A stretch of 64,000 nt of DNA from positions 128,001-192,000 of the forward strand of contig CAVTRC010000002.1 of NCBI GenBank assembly GCA_963737065.1, written 5' to 3'. The notes below the pieces were generated by a model that was given only the letters and a program-made list of their open reading frames with translations, was not told the origin of the DNA and did no database searches. The position numbers and the translations under genes were made by a program. Positions 37,907-48,041 of the stretch are shown here, one piece after another. Source of the stretch: Candidatus Eremiobacteria bacterium (GTDB taxonomy: Bacteria > Vulcanimicrobiota > Vulcanimicrobiia > Vulcanimicrobiales > Vulcanimicrobiaceae). Numbering within the stretch: the stretch's first letter is position 1; each line of letters starts with the position of its first letter.

Positions 37907-38977
37907 ATGATCAAAGTCTTGGTAACAGACGACTCCGCATTCATGCGGCGCGCGATCACCACGATGGTCGAAAACGAAGCGGACATGGAAGTGGTCGCCA
38001 CGGCGCGCAGCGGAGAAGAGGCGATCACCAAAGCGCTCCAGCTCGAGCCGCACGTCATCACGATGGACGTGGAGATGCCGGGAATGGGCGGCCTGGAAGC
38101 CGTACGCCAGATCGTCGCCGATCATCGTATACCGATCATCATGTGCAGTTCGCTGACGCATGAAGGTGCTGAGACGACCTTCCGCGCGCTCGAGCTGGGC
38201 GCGGTCGATTTCATTCCGAAGCCCGACGCGGCCTACGTGAACATTCAAGACGTTGCGCGCGACCTTGTTGCGAAGATCCGCGCCGTGTCGCTGCGCGGCG
38301 CGCAGCCGTTCGTGCACACGCCGCCCGCGGCTGCGGAGCGGCCACGGATCATTGCGTCGCCACCGCGCGTCACGCCGCTTGCGCGCTCGGCGTCGAAGTA
38401 TCAATGCGTCGCGATCGGGACGTCCACGGGCGGTCCCGTCGCGCTCTCACACGTCGTGCCGATCCTTCCGGCAAACTTTCCGCTCCCCGTATTGATCGTC
38501 CAGCATATGCCGATGGGCTTCACGCGTCCGCTCGCGGATCGGTTGAACGCGCAGAGCAAGTTGAACGTGCATGAAGCGGTGAACGGCATGGTGCTCGAGC
38601 CGGGAAGTGCGTTAGTGGTTCCGTCGGGTAAACAAATCGTGCTGCGTCGCGCCGCAAACGAAGTGGAACTGCGCCTCGTTGATGACGCGGGTACATCGTT
38701 ACATGTACCGAGTGTGGACCGCCTTGCCGAGCAAGTGGCCGACGCGTACGGCGGCGGCGCGATTGGGGTAATTTTGACGGGCATGGGTCAAGACGGTGTA
38801 AAGGGTTTGCGCAAGCTGAAGGAGCGCGGTGGGTATGTCATCGGTCAGAATGAAGCGACGTGCGTCGTGTACGGCATGCCGCGCGCTGCAGCGCGCGATG
38901 GACTCGTCGATCGCGAAGCTGCGCTCGACGACATTCCGCAATTACTATGCGACCTTTCGGGCGTAGCAAACTCTTAA
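37907..38977 (+). CDS. cheB: Chemotaxis response regulator methylesterase CheB
   Basis: Receiver domain plus GTSTGGP, VQHMP, LTGMGQDG and VVYGMP motifs. Confidence 0.96.
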   Translation: MIKVLVTDDSAFMRRAITTMVENEADMEVVATARSGEEAITKALQLEPHVITMDVEMPGMGGLEAVRQIVADHRIPIIMCSSLTHEGAETTFRALELGAVDFIPKPDAAYVNIQDVARDLVAKIRAVSLRGAQPFVHTPPAAAERPRIIASPPRVTPLARSASKYQCVAIGTSTGGPVALSHVVPILPANFPLPVLIVQHMPMGFTRPLADRLNAQSKLNVHEAVNGMVLEPGSALVVPSGKQIVLRRAANEVELRLVDDAGTSLHVPSVDRLAEQVADAYGGGAIGVILTGMGQDGVKGLRKLKERGGYVIGQNEATCVVYGMPRAAARDGLVDREAALDDIPQLLCDLSGVANS

Positions 38978-39076
38978 CCGTTTGTGGGGCGGACGGACTA
39001 TGGTTGTGAGTAGGAGGCTGTGCGGCAACTGTGAATATGTCGCACCGACGCGCGGTGTGCGCGTTCTCGGGGTTGC

Positions 39077-40003
39077 ATGAAGCTGAGCCGTAGTCCACGC
39101 AGCTACGTTATCGGCGGCGTCGAACTCTCGCGAGAAGAAATCGTTCACAAGTACTTGCACTTAGTGAAGTATGTGGCCGGTCGAATCTCAGTTAACTTAC
39201 CGCCGAACGTGGAGATCAACGATCTCATAAACGACGGTATTTTAGGCTTGATCGATGCCATCGAAAAATACGATGACGCGCGCGGTGTGAAATTCGAAAC
39301 GTACGCAATCACTCGCATTAACGGGGCAATCCTCGATGCGCTTCGTTCGCTTGACTGGGTCCCGCGCGCGGTTCGGCAACGCGCGCGCGAACTCGAGCGC
39401 ACACATCAAGAATTAGAAACCGAACTCGGCCGCGTGCCGACGCATGATGAGATCGCCGAGCGTATGGGCCTGTCGTCGAAAGAACTCGATCAGATCATTC
39501 AGCGGGTGCGCGGCACCGCGGTGCTTTCACTCGAAGAGTTTCTTCCGAACGAAAAGGGTTACGAGATTCCGCTCGTCGACACGTTGCGCGACGAAGACAA
39601 CGACGTGATGTTCGAAGTCGAATCCCGCGAAGTGCGTGCCGAGCTCGTGGATGCGGTCGAGAATCTGCCGCCACAAGAGCGCACGGTGATTCGTCTGTAC
39701 TACTTCGAAGGCCAAACACTCAAGGAAATCAAGGGCGCACTCGGAGTTTCCGAGTCCCGTGTTTCGCAGATTCACGCGCAGGCCGTCATTCATCTGCGCC
39801 AACGCCTGCGCGAGTTGCGCAACGATCTCGGCTACCGTGAAGACGACCCCACGATCAAGCAAAAGTACCTGCGCAAGCCGCAACCCGGTGCCGATACTAA
39901 AGTAGAACGCACCCTACGCGGGGAAGTAACGGGTGATGGCGATTCGTCCCGTGGATCTGCAACTCGCCTACCTGGCCGCCCCGCAGAGCGCGGCCCAGGT
40001 TAA
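39077..40003 (+). CDS. fliA: FliA/WhiG family sigma factor
   Basis: GLIDAIEKYD, FETYA..RINGAILDALR.LDWVPR and GVSESRVSQIH motifs. Confidence 0.94.
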   Translation: MKLSRSPRSYVIGGVELSREEIVHKYLHLVKYVAGRISVNLPPNVEINDLINDGILGLIDAIEKYDDARGVKFETYAITRINGAILDALRSLDWVPRAVRQRARELERTHQELETELGRVPTHDEIAERMGLSSKELDQIIQRVRGTAVLSLEEFLPNEKGYEIPLVDTLRDEDNDVMFEVESREVRAELVDAVENLPPQERTVIRLYYFEGQTLKEIKGALGVSESRVSQIHAQAVIHLRQRLRELRNDLGYREDDPTIKQKYLRKPQPGADTKVERTLRGEVTGDGDSSRGSATRLPGRPAERGPG

Positions 40004-40259
40004 TAGCGCGCAGCAAGCTCCCGCCGCCGCACAAGCCGCCGCACAAAACGCCTTCGCCGAACAGGTTCATAACCGGGAAGAGACGATTGCCGAAGCGGAA
40101 CATGCCAAGAACACCGGCATTCGTACGAGTCCCGACGGTCAGGACAGTAGCGGCGGCTATACGCCGGACGAACGCAAACGGCGCGAGTATCGCGCGCCCG
40201 AGGACAGTTCGCCGCTCGGATTCGCCGACGGTGAACACTTTATTGACGTTACGGTGTAG
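39936..40259 (+). CDS. Hypothetical flagellar-operon-associated protein
   Basis: MAIRPVDLQ...GEHFIDVTV pattern is typical of small genes after sigD/fliA. Confidence 0.7.
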   Translation: MAIRPVDLQLAYLAAPQSAAQVNSAQQAPAAAQAAAQNAFAEQVHNREETIAEAEHAKNTGIRTSPDGQDSSGGYTPDERKRREYRAPEDSSPLGFADGEHFIDVTV

Positions 40260-40278
40260 GGAGGCGCCTCCCTAACTG

Positions 40279-41919
40279 ATGTCCGGAATGGATCCGCTCG
40301 CCGCCATCGCGCTCCGGGCGGTTGCGAATGCACAAGCCGCGATCGAAGAAGCGACGCTCAATCTTGGCGCGGTCGTTAGCGACGTTCAGTCACAACTGAG
40401 TGTCGGTGATCTCCTGAGCGCAACGGTCCTTTCGCCGCAAGACGGCAGCGATCGCATCTCGCTCCTCGGACACACGCTGCCCGCTCAGCTTCCTTCCGGG
40501 ATCGATCCCGGCGAGACGATTGCTCTGCAAGTGACCGGATTTACAAACACCGCGATCATCGTGCGCAATCTCGGAACGGTTGATTCGCAGCAAGCGCCAC
40601 CCGAAGCCGCGGCGCCGTCGCCGCAACAGCCGCCTCGTGTACCGGTTGCGCCGCCGCGCGAACTTTTTGTTGCTGCATCGGTAAAGACGGAACGGGCGCC
40701 GGGCGCGGCCGCGCCGGCGACACCGCGCACATTTCCGCAACCACCCGCGGCACATGCGCCTGCGGAGATTGAAGCGCGACTGATTGCAACGCGCGCGAGT
40801 ACGACGATCGGCGCACCGTCGCTCAAACGTGAACCGCAAACGCCCGCGCCGCAGCGTGCGGTGCCGAGCGGAATGCCGTCACAAACCGCTCCGGCGCGTG
40901 CGCCGCTCGAACGCGCACAGCAAACGCCGTTGCCGACAACACCGCAAAGCGCATTGCTGACGCGGCTTCGCGTGCCCGTCACGCCGACGACGCTCGCAGC
41001 TGCGAAGCTCGTCGAAGCCGCCACGAAAAATGCCACAGCTGCATATGAGAAACTGGATGCGGTGCTCGCCAAGCTTCCGCCGGATCCGCGCGCCGCATCG
41101 TTGCGATCGACGTTGTCATTCGTTGCACGGTTCGATTTGCGAAACACACGCGCATTGCCCGAACAGATTGCCTCGTACGTCTCAAACGTTGTGACGAGTG
41201 CCGAATCAAAGACTGCGCAAATCGTGCGCGCGTGGACTCAGGCCGAACCCCTCGGGTTTGCGCAAGTTGCAGATCGAGCGCAGCCCTTACCGGGCGCAAC
41301 CGTGCGCGTCCCGGAAGCGCCGGTTGTATCGCAATCCATCGACCCGTCGTTGGTAAATGTCGCCGCACGTGCGGCCGAACGCGCCGTTGCGCTCGATCAC
41401 GATGTAAAGACCGCGCTCCTGCAATTGGTTGCCGATCCGCCTCCGGGGAGTTCAACGCAAGTCATTGCGGCCTTGCGCGATGCGCTTACCGCAACGACGG
41501 CGGCGCAGCTTAATGCACTTGCACCGGAAAACAATACCGCGAACACGATCGCGATTCCGTTGCCGGCGTATTTCTATGACGGCGGCCAGCCCGCGCAGGT
41601 GCGCATCTCGCGCGATGCACGCAACGGCAAGAACCCGATGGATGCCGACAATTTCCACATCGCGTTCGTGCTCGACACGAAGTCACTCGGCACCGTCGCA
41701 ATCGACGTGCAGACCGCCGGACGCAGCGTGCGCCTCGATGTAAAAACCGAAACCGCGCGCTCCGCCGATCGCTTCCGGACGTCGCTCGGCGATCTGCGCG
41801 GGCGGCTGCAGGCCTTGCATTACCGCGTCGCCACGATGGCAGCCGGCATCGCGCCGCGAGTGAAGAGGGACGGACCCGCGCCGCCGTCGCGAACGTCGAA
41901 TGTTGACACGCAGGCATGA
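40279..41919 (+). CDS. FliK-like flagellar hook-length control protein
   Basis: P/A-rich long ORF with C-terminal LDTKSLGTVAID...V FliK-C-like domain, followed by an FlhB-C-like gene. Confidence 0.7.
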   Translation: MSGMDPLAAIALRAVANAQAAIEEATLNLGAVVSDVQSQLSVGDLLSATVLSPQDGSDRISLLGHTLPAQLPSGIDPGETIALQVTGFTNTAIIVRNLGTVDSQQAPPEAAAPSPQQPPRVPVAPPRELFVAASVKTERAPGAAAPATPRTFPQPPAAHAPAEIEARLIATRASTTIGAPSLKREPQTPAPQRAVPSGMPSQTAPARAPLERAQQTPLPTTPQSALLTRLRVPVTPTTLAAAKLVEAATKNATAAYEKLDAVLAKLPPDPRAASLRSTLSFVARFDLRNTRALPEQIASYVSNVVTSAESKTAQIVRAWTQAEPLGFAQVADRAQPLPGATVRVPEAPVVSQSIDPSLVNVAARAAERAVALDHDVKTALLQLVADPPPGSSTQVIAALRDALTATTAAQLNALAPENNTANTIAIPLPAYFYDGGQPAQVRISRDARNGKNPMDADNFHIAFVLDTKSLGTVAIDVQTAGRSVRLDVKTETARSADRFRTSLGDLRGRLQALHYRVATMAAGIAPRVKRDGPAPPSRTSNVDTQA

Positions 41920-42212
41920 GCGGTTTCTTCGACTTTCGCAAACGCATATTCAAACGGCCGGCCGCCGCGGCGCTGCAGTACGACCCGTTGAAGTCGGATC
42001 CGCCGCAGGTCGTTGCCGTCGGACGCGGCGTGACCGCCGACGAGATCGTGCGCGTCGCAAAAGAGCACCACGTGCCGCTGTACGAAGACGCAGGTCTGGT
42101 TGAGGCGCTCGCGCGATTGGATGTTGCGGACTGCGTGCCGCGCGAGCTGTATGCCGTCGTCGCCGAGGTTCTGGCTTACGTGTACCGCCTCGATGAAGAC
42201 TGCGCCGGTTGA
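41916..42212 (+). CDS. EscU/YscU/FlhB C-terminal-like protein
   Basis: AAALQYD...PQVVAVGRG..ADEI...A....VP and LYAVVAEVLAYVY motifs. Confidence 0.9.
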   Translation: MSGFFDFRKRIFKRPAAAALQYDPLKSDPPQVVAVGRGVTADEIVRVAKEHHVPLYEDAGLVEALARLDVADCVPRELYAVVAEVLAYVYRLDEDCAG

Positions 42213-42222
42213 CTCGCTGTAT

Positions 42223-42236
42223 CGAACAGGTGTTCC
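42223..42236. promoter_or_regulatory. LexA-binding SOS (Cheo) box
   Basis: CGAAC-AGGT-GTTCC fits the Gram-positive-type GAAC-N4-GTTC consensus; upstream of ftsY-recA-recX. Confidence 0.65.
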
Positions 42237-42263
42237 CTATTCGGGTACTGAAGGGGTAGTTCC

Positions 42264-43193
42264 GTGAGCTGGCTTCAACGGTTGCGGACGTCGCTCGGAA
42301 AAGCGCGCGACAGCTTCGCCGCGGTTCAAAACTTGGGCCGTGCGAAGGCGCCGCTGACCGACGAATTTTGGGACGAACTCGAAGATCTGTTGATCATGGG
42401 CGACTTCGGCGTTCCGACCACGCAGAAAATTGTCGAGGGACTACGAACCGTTGCGAAACAAGAGGCGTGGAAGACGACCGACCAACCGGTCGCGCGCTTT
42501 CACAAAGACGTCGAACGTTTTCTGACGCTGCCCGGCGGTGAGCTCGAGTTCAAATCGCACCCGGCCGTCATACTGATCGTCGGCGTCAACGGCAGCGGTA
42601 AGACGACGACGATCGGCAAGCTTGCAGCGCGTTTCCATAACGAGGGCAAACGTGTGCTCGTCGTCGCCGGCGATACGTTCCGCGCCGCCGCAACCGAACA
42701 GCTGGCGATCTGGGCGCAGCGCAGCGGCAGCGAAATCGTGCGCGGCGCCGAGGGTGCTGATCCCGCCTCCGTCGTCTTCGACGGCATTCGCGCGGGCAAG
42801 GCGCGCAACGCCGACGTGATTCTCATCGACACAGCCGGGCGTCTTCAAACGAAGACGAACCTGATGGAGGAGCTGAAGAAAATCCGCCGCGTCATCGAGC
42901 GCGAACTCGGTGCGCCGCCGGACGAGACGCTCCTCGTTGTCGACGGAACGACGGGACAAAATGCGATCTCGCAAGCAAAAATCTTCAACGATACGACAAA
43001 GCTCACGGGCGTCGTCGTGACGAAGCTCGATTCGACGGCGAAGGGCGGCGTGCTCGTCGCGATCGTCGACGAGTTGGAAGTCCCGATCAAATTCATCGGC
43101 TTGGGGGAAAGCATCGACGCGCTGCGTCCATTCGTGCCGAAAGAGTTTACCGAAGCCCTGTTCGAGGATGCACCCGATTCCGTTCGCGCCTAA
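42264..43193 (+). CDS. ftsY: SRP receptor FtsY
   Basis: GVNGSGKTTT, DTFRAAA, DTAGR and TKLDSTAKGG motifs. Confidence 0.98.
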   Translation: MSWLQRLRTSLGKARDSFAAVQNLGRAKAPLTDEFWDELEDLLIMGDFGVPTTQKIVEGLRTVAKQEAWKTTDQPVARFHKDVERFLTLPGGELEFKSHPAVILIVGVNGSGKTTTIGKLAARFHNEGKRVLVVAGDTFRAAATEQLAIWAQRSGSEIVRGAEGADPASVVFDGIRAGKARNADVILIDTAGRLQTKTNLMEELKKIRRVIERELGAPPDETLLVVDGTTGQNAISQAKIFNDTTKLTGVVVTKLDSTAKGGVLVAIVDELEVPIKFIGLGESIDALRPFVPKEFTEALFEDAPDSVRA

Positions 43194-43222
43194 ATTACGG
43201 CATCGCTAAAAATGCCATGCAC

Positions 43223-43251
43223 TTGGCATTCGCAAATGAGAACGTTATAGG
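43223..43251 (+). promoter_or_regulatory. Putative recA promoter overlapping an inverted repeat
   Basis: TTGGCA-N17-TATAGG; the AATGCCA-N6-TGGCATT palindrome at 43211-43230 covers the -35. Confidence 0.5.
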
Positions 43252-43308
43252 GTGACTGTGACGATAGAACAACAACGCATAGCGAAACTACGAATGGAGA
43301 AGCGAGCG

Positions 43309-44355
43309 ATGGCAGCGCAAGACGAACGGCAAGTGGCTTTGAGCAATGCCCTGGCGCAGATCGAACGGCAATTCGGTAAGGGTTCCATTATGAAGATGGG
43401 CGACTTCCAGGAACGGATGGCGTTCGAAGTGGTGCCGAGCGGATCGATCGCGCTCGATCTTGCGCTCGGCGTCGGCGGCTTCCCGCGCGGACGCATCATC
43501 GAGATCTACGGCCCGGAGTCGAGCGGTAAGACGACGGTCGCGCTGCACGCGATCGCCGAAGCGCAAAAGAGCGGCGGCACCGCGGCGTTCATCGACGTCG
43601 AACACGCGCTCGATCCCAATTATGCCGCCGCGCTCGGCGTCGATCTCGATAATTTGCTTGTCTCGCAGCCGGATACCGGCGAACAGGCGCTCGAAATCGC
43701 GGAAATGCTCACGCGCAGCAATGCAGTCGACGTCATCGTCGTCGACTCCGTCGCCGCGCTCGTGACGAAAGCCGAACTCGAAGGCGACATGGGCGATGCG
43801 CACGTCGGTCTGCAGGCGCGTCTGATGTCGCAAGCGCTGCGAAAATTGACGGCGGCGATCTCACGCAGCAAAGCGGTGATGATCTTCATCAACCAGCTCC
43901 GCGAAAAGGTCGGCGTCATGTTCGGCAATCCGGAAACGACCTCGGGCGGCCGCGCGCTGAAGTTCTACGCGTCGGTGCGTCTCGACGTCCGCAAGCTCGA
44001 ACAGATCAAAGTCGGCCAAGACGTCGTCGGCTCGCGTACGCGCGTCAAAGTGGTGAAGAACAAAGTGGCGCCCCCGTTCCGTCAAGCCGAGTTCGATATC
44101 ACCTATGGACGCGGCATCTCGAAAATGGGTTCGATTCTCGACGTTGCGCTCGAGCAGAACATCGTCGGTAAGAGCGGTTCGTGGTACACCTACGGTGATC
44201 AACGCATCGGTCAAGGACGCGAAAATGCGAAGGCGTTCTTGGAAGAGCACAGCGACGTGGCGAGCGAGATCGAAACGAAGATCCGTGAAGCACTTGCCAA
44301 GGTCGTTTCCAAGAACGGACACGCCCAGAACGCCGCCGCGATCGCTGAAGAATAA
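43309..44355 (+). CDS. recA: Recombinase RecA
   Basis: [21 protein letters not shown] and KNKVAPPF motifs; GGAGA RBS before ATG 43309. Confidence 0.99.
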   Translation: MAAQDERQVALSNALAQIERQFGKGSIMKMGDFQERMAFEVVPSGSIALDLALGVGGFPRGRIIEIYGPESSGKTTVALHAIAEAQKSGGTAAFIDVEHALDPNYAAALGVDLDNLLVSQPDTGEQALEIAEMLTRSNAVDVIVVDSVAALVTKAELEGDMGDAHVGLQARLMSQALRKLTAAISRSKAVMIFINQLREKVGVMFGNPETTSGGRALKFYASVRLDVRKLEQIKVGQDVVGSRTRVKVVKNKVAPPFRQAEFDITYGRGISKMGSILDVALEQNIVGKSGSWYTYGDQRIGQGRENAKAFLEEHSDVASEIETKIREALAKVVSKNGHAQNAAAIAEE

Positions 44356-44816
44356 TGGCGACCGCGTACGCATCCGCACTTGCGATGCTTGCGCGGCAGC
44401 GGTTGACCGAAGCACAGCTTTGGCAGAAGCTGGAACGAAAAGGCTACGATGACGACTCCATTCGTGGTGTCGTCACTCGTTGCCGGGACGAACGCTTTCT
44501 CGACGACCGCCTCTATGCGCAGCTCTACGTCGAGCGCAAACGCAAAGCGATCGGCAATTCACGCCTCGTCGGCGAATTGGTCCGGAAAGGGATCGACCGT
44601 GACGCCGCCGCGAACGCCGTCGCCGCGCTCGAGGACGATGAGCGAACCCGCTGCACTCGCGCGCTCGAATCGATTCAGCGCAAGAAGCCGAACGCGTCGT
44701 ATTCCATCACCGCGCGTGCGCTCGAACGCCTCGGGTTCCCGGCCTCAATCATCTATGCGACGCTGCGCGACCAAGCCGCAATCCACTTTCCGCAACTCGA
44801 CGACGTGTCGGTCTGA
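44355..44816 (+). CDS. recX: Regulatory protein RecX
   Basis: TAATG-coupled to recA; L..KL..KG, LDD..YA and L..KGI motifs. Confidence 0.92.
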   Translation: MATAYASALAMLARQRLTEAQLWQKLERKGYDDDSIRGVVTRCRDERFLDDRLYAQLYVERKRKAIGNSRLVGELVRKGIDRDAAANAVAALEDDERTRCTRALESIQRKKPNASYSITARALERLGFPASIIYATLRDQAAIHFPQLDDVSV

Positions 44817-44819
44817 TGG

Positions 44820-45704
44820 CTATCCTTCGACCGGTTCCGCATTCTCCGGCGCCACTTGCGCATAATTGAGAATTGAGACGAGCAAGACGCCGCCGATGCA
44901 GTTACCGATGAACACCGGAATGAGGAAATCGAGCAAGAAGTAGCCCCACGACGCCGCACCGGCAATAACGGCGTAGAGTGCCTCGACGGAGCCCGCGATG
45001 ATGTGCGAGAGCCCGGCGGCACCGACGACGTACGTGATGATGAGCACGACCGCCAATCGTGAATGTTCCGCCGCAGGCAGCAGCCACACCATCAACGCAA
45101 TCAGCCAGCCCGCGAAGATGCCTTTCACGAGCGTCACCGCAAAGCCAAAGGACAACGTCGTCACGCCGACTTGCAGAAACGCGTGCTTGACGTCCGGTGC
45201 GAACGCACCGGTGTGAAACACTAAGAGCGCAAAGAGCAGGGCGCCGATCAGATTCGTGGCGAGGACGATGCTCCACAGACGCACGACGTTCCTGAACGTG
45301 CGCAGTTTCTCTTTACTGTCCAGCAGCGGAATGATCGCGGTGACGGTATTCTCCGTGAAGAGTTGCTGACGTCCGGCGACGACGATCATAAAGCCGAGCG
45401 TGTACCCGAGGTTAACGATCAAGGGGCGCCACGGCGCATTCGGCGGCAAGCCGGCATCGATCATGCCGGTTGCTACGAGCGAAAATCCCATGGAAAGCCC
45501 CGCCGCAAGTCCTGAAAACGCGAGCGACGCGTTGGACCGTTCCAGCTCCTGTTGTCCTTCCTGGCGAACGGTTTCAAACACTACCGCGGCGCGCGGGGTA
45601 ACACGCCGTGTTGCGTCTTTGACTTCCTGCTCGGAGAGCTGTTTGGTGCTCTCGCCGTCTTGCGACTCGCTCGAACCGCGAACGATCATCCGATCCTCAT
45701 TCAC
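44820..45704 (-). CDS. Formate/nitrite transporter family protein (YfdC-like)
   Basis: AAGLSMGFS, QQLFTENT, HIIAGS and GNCIGG motifs. Confidence 0.92.
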   Translation of the reverse strand: MNEDRMIVRGSSESQDGESTKQLSEQEVKDATRRVTPRAAVVFETVRQEGQQELERSNASLAFSGLAAGLSMGFSLVATGMIDAGLPPNAPWRPLIVNLGYTLGFMIVVAGRQQLFTENTVTAIIPLLDSKEKLRTFRNVVRLWSIVLATNLIGALLFALLVFHTGAFAPDVKHAFLQVGVTTLSFGFAVTLVKGIFAGWLIALMVWLLPAAEHSRLAVVLIITYVVGAAGLSHIIAGSVEALYAVIAGAASWGYFLLDFLIPVFIGNCIGGVLLVSILNYAQVAPENAEPVEG

Positions 45705-45713
45705 TGGCCCCTT

Positions 45714-45739
45714 GTACCCCGGTCATTTTTGCGCCAAGC
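45714..45739 (-). promoter_or_regulatory. Putative SigB/SigF-type promoter
   Basis: Minus strand reads GCTTG-N15-GGGTAC, with GGGTA 10 nt before the start codon. Confidence 0.45.
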
Positions 45740-45779
45740 GATGTCAGGTCCGGTCGTGGCTGCGGGCACTAATCGAAGC

Positions 45780-46469
45780 ATGCCTGCCCCGACGATTGTG
45801 GTCGCCGAAGACGACGTGGCGATCCGCGAGCTGCTCACGCACCATTTGGAACGCGAAGGATTTTCCGTTGTGGCGGTCGGCGACGGACAAACGGCGTTGC
45901 GTACGGCGCGGCGAGCCGCGGATCTCGTCATCCTCGACATCGGGCTGCCGGGCATTGACGGATACGACATCGCGCGAACATTGCGTCGCGAGGAGCGCGC
46001 AATTCCGATCGTCATGTTGACGGCGCGCGTCGACGAGATCGACCGCGTCGTCGGCTTCGAACTGGGTGCAGACGACTACGTCTGCAAACCCTTCTCGCCG
46101 CGTGAAGTGATCGCACGCGTGCGCGCCGTGTTGCGACGCAGCGGCACGACCGTCGACGCGCCACCGGCCTTGTTGCAGTTCGGCCGATTGGAGATCGACG
46201 AAGCCGCGCGCGAAGCTCGCGTCGATGGGGTCGACGTGCGACTCAAACCGCGTGAATTTGCGCTGTTGCTCGAATTGGCGAACAATGTCGGCATCGCGCT
46301 CTCACGCGAACGGTTACTGGAGCGCGTGTGGGGTTTCGATTTCGACGGCGACGAGCGTACGGTGGACGTGCATGTTCGGCGGCTGCGCGCAAAGATCGAA
46401 GAAGAAGCGACGCTTCCGCCGATGGTGCAAACCATCCACGGATTCGGCTATAAGTTCGTGCGCGCGTAA
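45780..46469 (+). CDS. OmpR/PhoB family response regulator
   Basis: AEDD, LDIGLP, GADDYVCKPF and RTVDVHVRRLRAK motifs. Confidence 0.96.
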   Translation: MPAPTIVVAEDDVAIRELLTHHLEREGFSVVAVGDGQTALRTARRAADLVILDIGLPGIDGYDIARTLRREERAIPIVMLTARVDEIDRVVGFELGADDYVCKPFSPREVIARVRAVLRRSGTTVDAPPALLQFGRLEIDEAAREARVDGVDVRLKPREFALLLELANNVGIALSRERLLERVWGFDFDGDERTVDVHVRRLRAKIEEEATLPPMVQTIHGFGYKFVRA

Positions 46470-46962
46470 ATGCAACACCATACGAGCCTTTGCGTCGGCT
46501 GCCGGCCGCACATGCGTGACGCAGACGTGCTGGCGCACGATGGCGCAAGCGACTGGCTTGCGGCGGCGGTGCTCTCACCGACGCGCGCGAATCGTCGAGG
46601 TTTCCGTCAACCAGCACCATCGGTTTGTTTGCGTGCGCGGCAACGTAGCGAGATACATTCCATGGAACCTTCCTCTCGACGCCTCCTAAATCAACCGGCG
46701 CCCGAACATGTCGAGAGTTCAGTTTCAATCGGGTTTCATAAAGGTCCGTTGCCCACGTGTTCTTCCGTGTCTTCAACGCCGTCGTCTCTAATGTCGTCGG
46801 GAAAGATTGGATCGTCGCTGGCTTCATCGGGTCCCGGTTCCGACGGATGAATTGTCTGGTTTCGCTCCATATCGCACTCAGTCTAACGCACGCCGAACGC
46901 TATATCTGCGCGGTTTTAGACAAAGAGCGCGGCGGCCGGTTCGTACGGCAGAAAGCTAATTC

Positions 46963-47751
46963 TTAACGCGCTGTCCCGGGCTCTTTGGAGTTGTCTGCGC
47001 CGCGAAGGAAGCCGCTGAATTGATCCCGCGCGACGGCATAGCATTCACAGGCCGTTTCTTCGAGACCCGATCGATCTTGAATCGTAATGCATCCGTGAGC
47101 GTAGTTAATATATCCAGCGCGCTGCAGCGCGGCGAGGGCTATCGTGACTCCGGAACGGCGGCTGCCCAACATCATCGCGAGATATTCGTGTGTCAACAAA
47201 ATCTCGTCGCGGCCAACACGATCGTGGGACAGTAGCAGCCAGCGGGCGCAGCGTTCGTACACGCTATGTAACCGATTGCAACCCGTAAGTTGCCCGAGAA
47301 AATTCACATAGGCCTGTAAATAGCGATTCAGTAACGCACTAAAGCGTGTGTCGGTCACTCTCAGGTGGTGAAAATGCTCCGCCGGCATCTTGATGGCGCG
47401 CCCAGGGACTTGACAATAGCTGTCATTTGCCGTCGTTGTACCGTCCATGAGCAATGGTATGCCGGAAGTTCCCTCGCGTCCGATCGTGCCGACTTCTATC
47501 TCCCCGCCCGCCTCCATGCGCGTTACGACAGAGAGCACGCAATCGATGGGGAAAAACACCTCGGCGATCGGTTCTCCGGCGCGGTAGATCGCAAAGCGAG
47601 CCGGCATTTCCAGCAGATCACCGACGCCCGCGATTTCCGCAATCCCGCGATCGCTCAGGTTCCGAAGGATTGCGTTGCCTTGGATTTCTTCGAGGGTGAG
47701 CTTGCTTCGTCGCGCGGGTAATCCGGCGTGCTTCCGGCCTTTCGTTGACAC
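46963..47751 (-). CDS. Crp/Fnr family transcriptional regulator
   Basis: EVGTIGREG, CARWLL, LTHEYLAMMLGSRRSGVT and CECY motifs. Confidence 0.93.
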   Translation of the reverse strand: MSTKGRKHAGLPARRSKLTLEEIQGNAILRNLSDRGIAEIAGVGDLLEMPARFAIYRAGEPIAEVFFPIDCVLSVVTRMEAGGEIEVGTIGREGTSGIPLLMDGTTTANDSYCQVPGRAIKMPAEHFHHLRVTDTRFSALLNRYLQAYVNFLGQLTGCNRLHSVYERCARWLLLSHDRVGRDEILLTHEYLAMMLGSRRSGVTIALAALQRAGYINYAHGCITIQDRSGLEETACECYAVARDQFSGFLRGADNSKEPGTAR

Positions 47752-48041
47752 GAGAAATTACGCTCCTACAGGTTTCTAAAACTGCTTATTGGGCGCGCAC
47801 GACCTTTCCTTGCCTAAAACCGCACAGAGATATTCTCCATCCCGCAGGTACAATGTATCTCGCACAGCGGGATGGGAGCTTACATTTGCAATTATCAACT
47901 CGGGGAAGGACGTGCATCATTCCGCTGCGTGGCGCATCCGATATTGTTCCGCCGCGGAGCGCATTGGGCCGCCTAGGCAGCGGCATCAACGATTACGGCG
48001 CGGCGTCCCACAAAGCCGTGCACCTCGTTGACTCTATAGAG

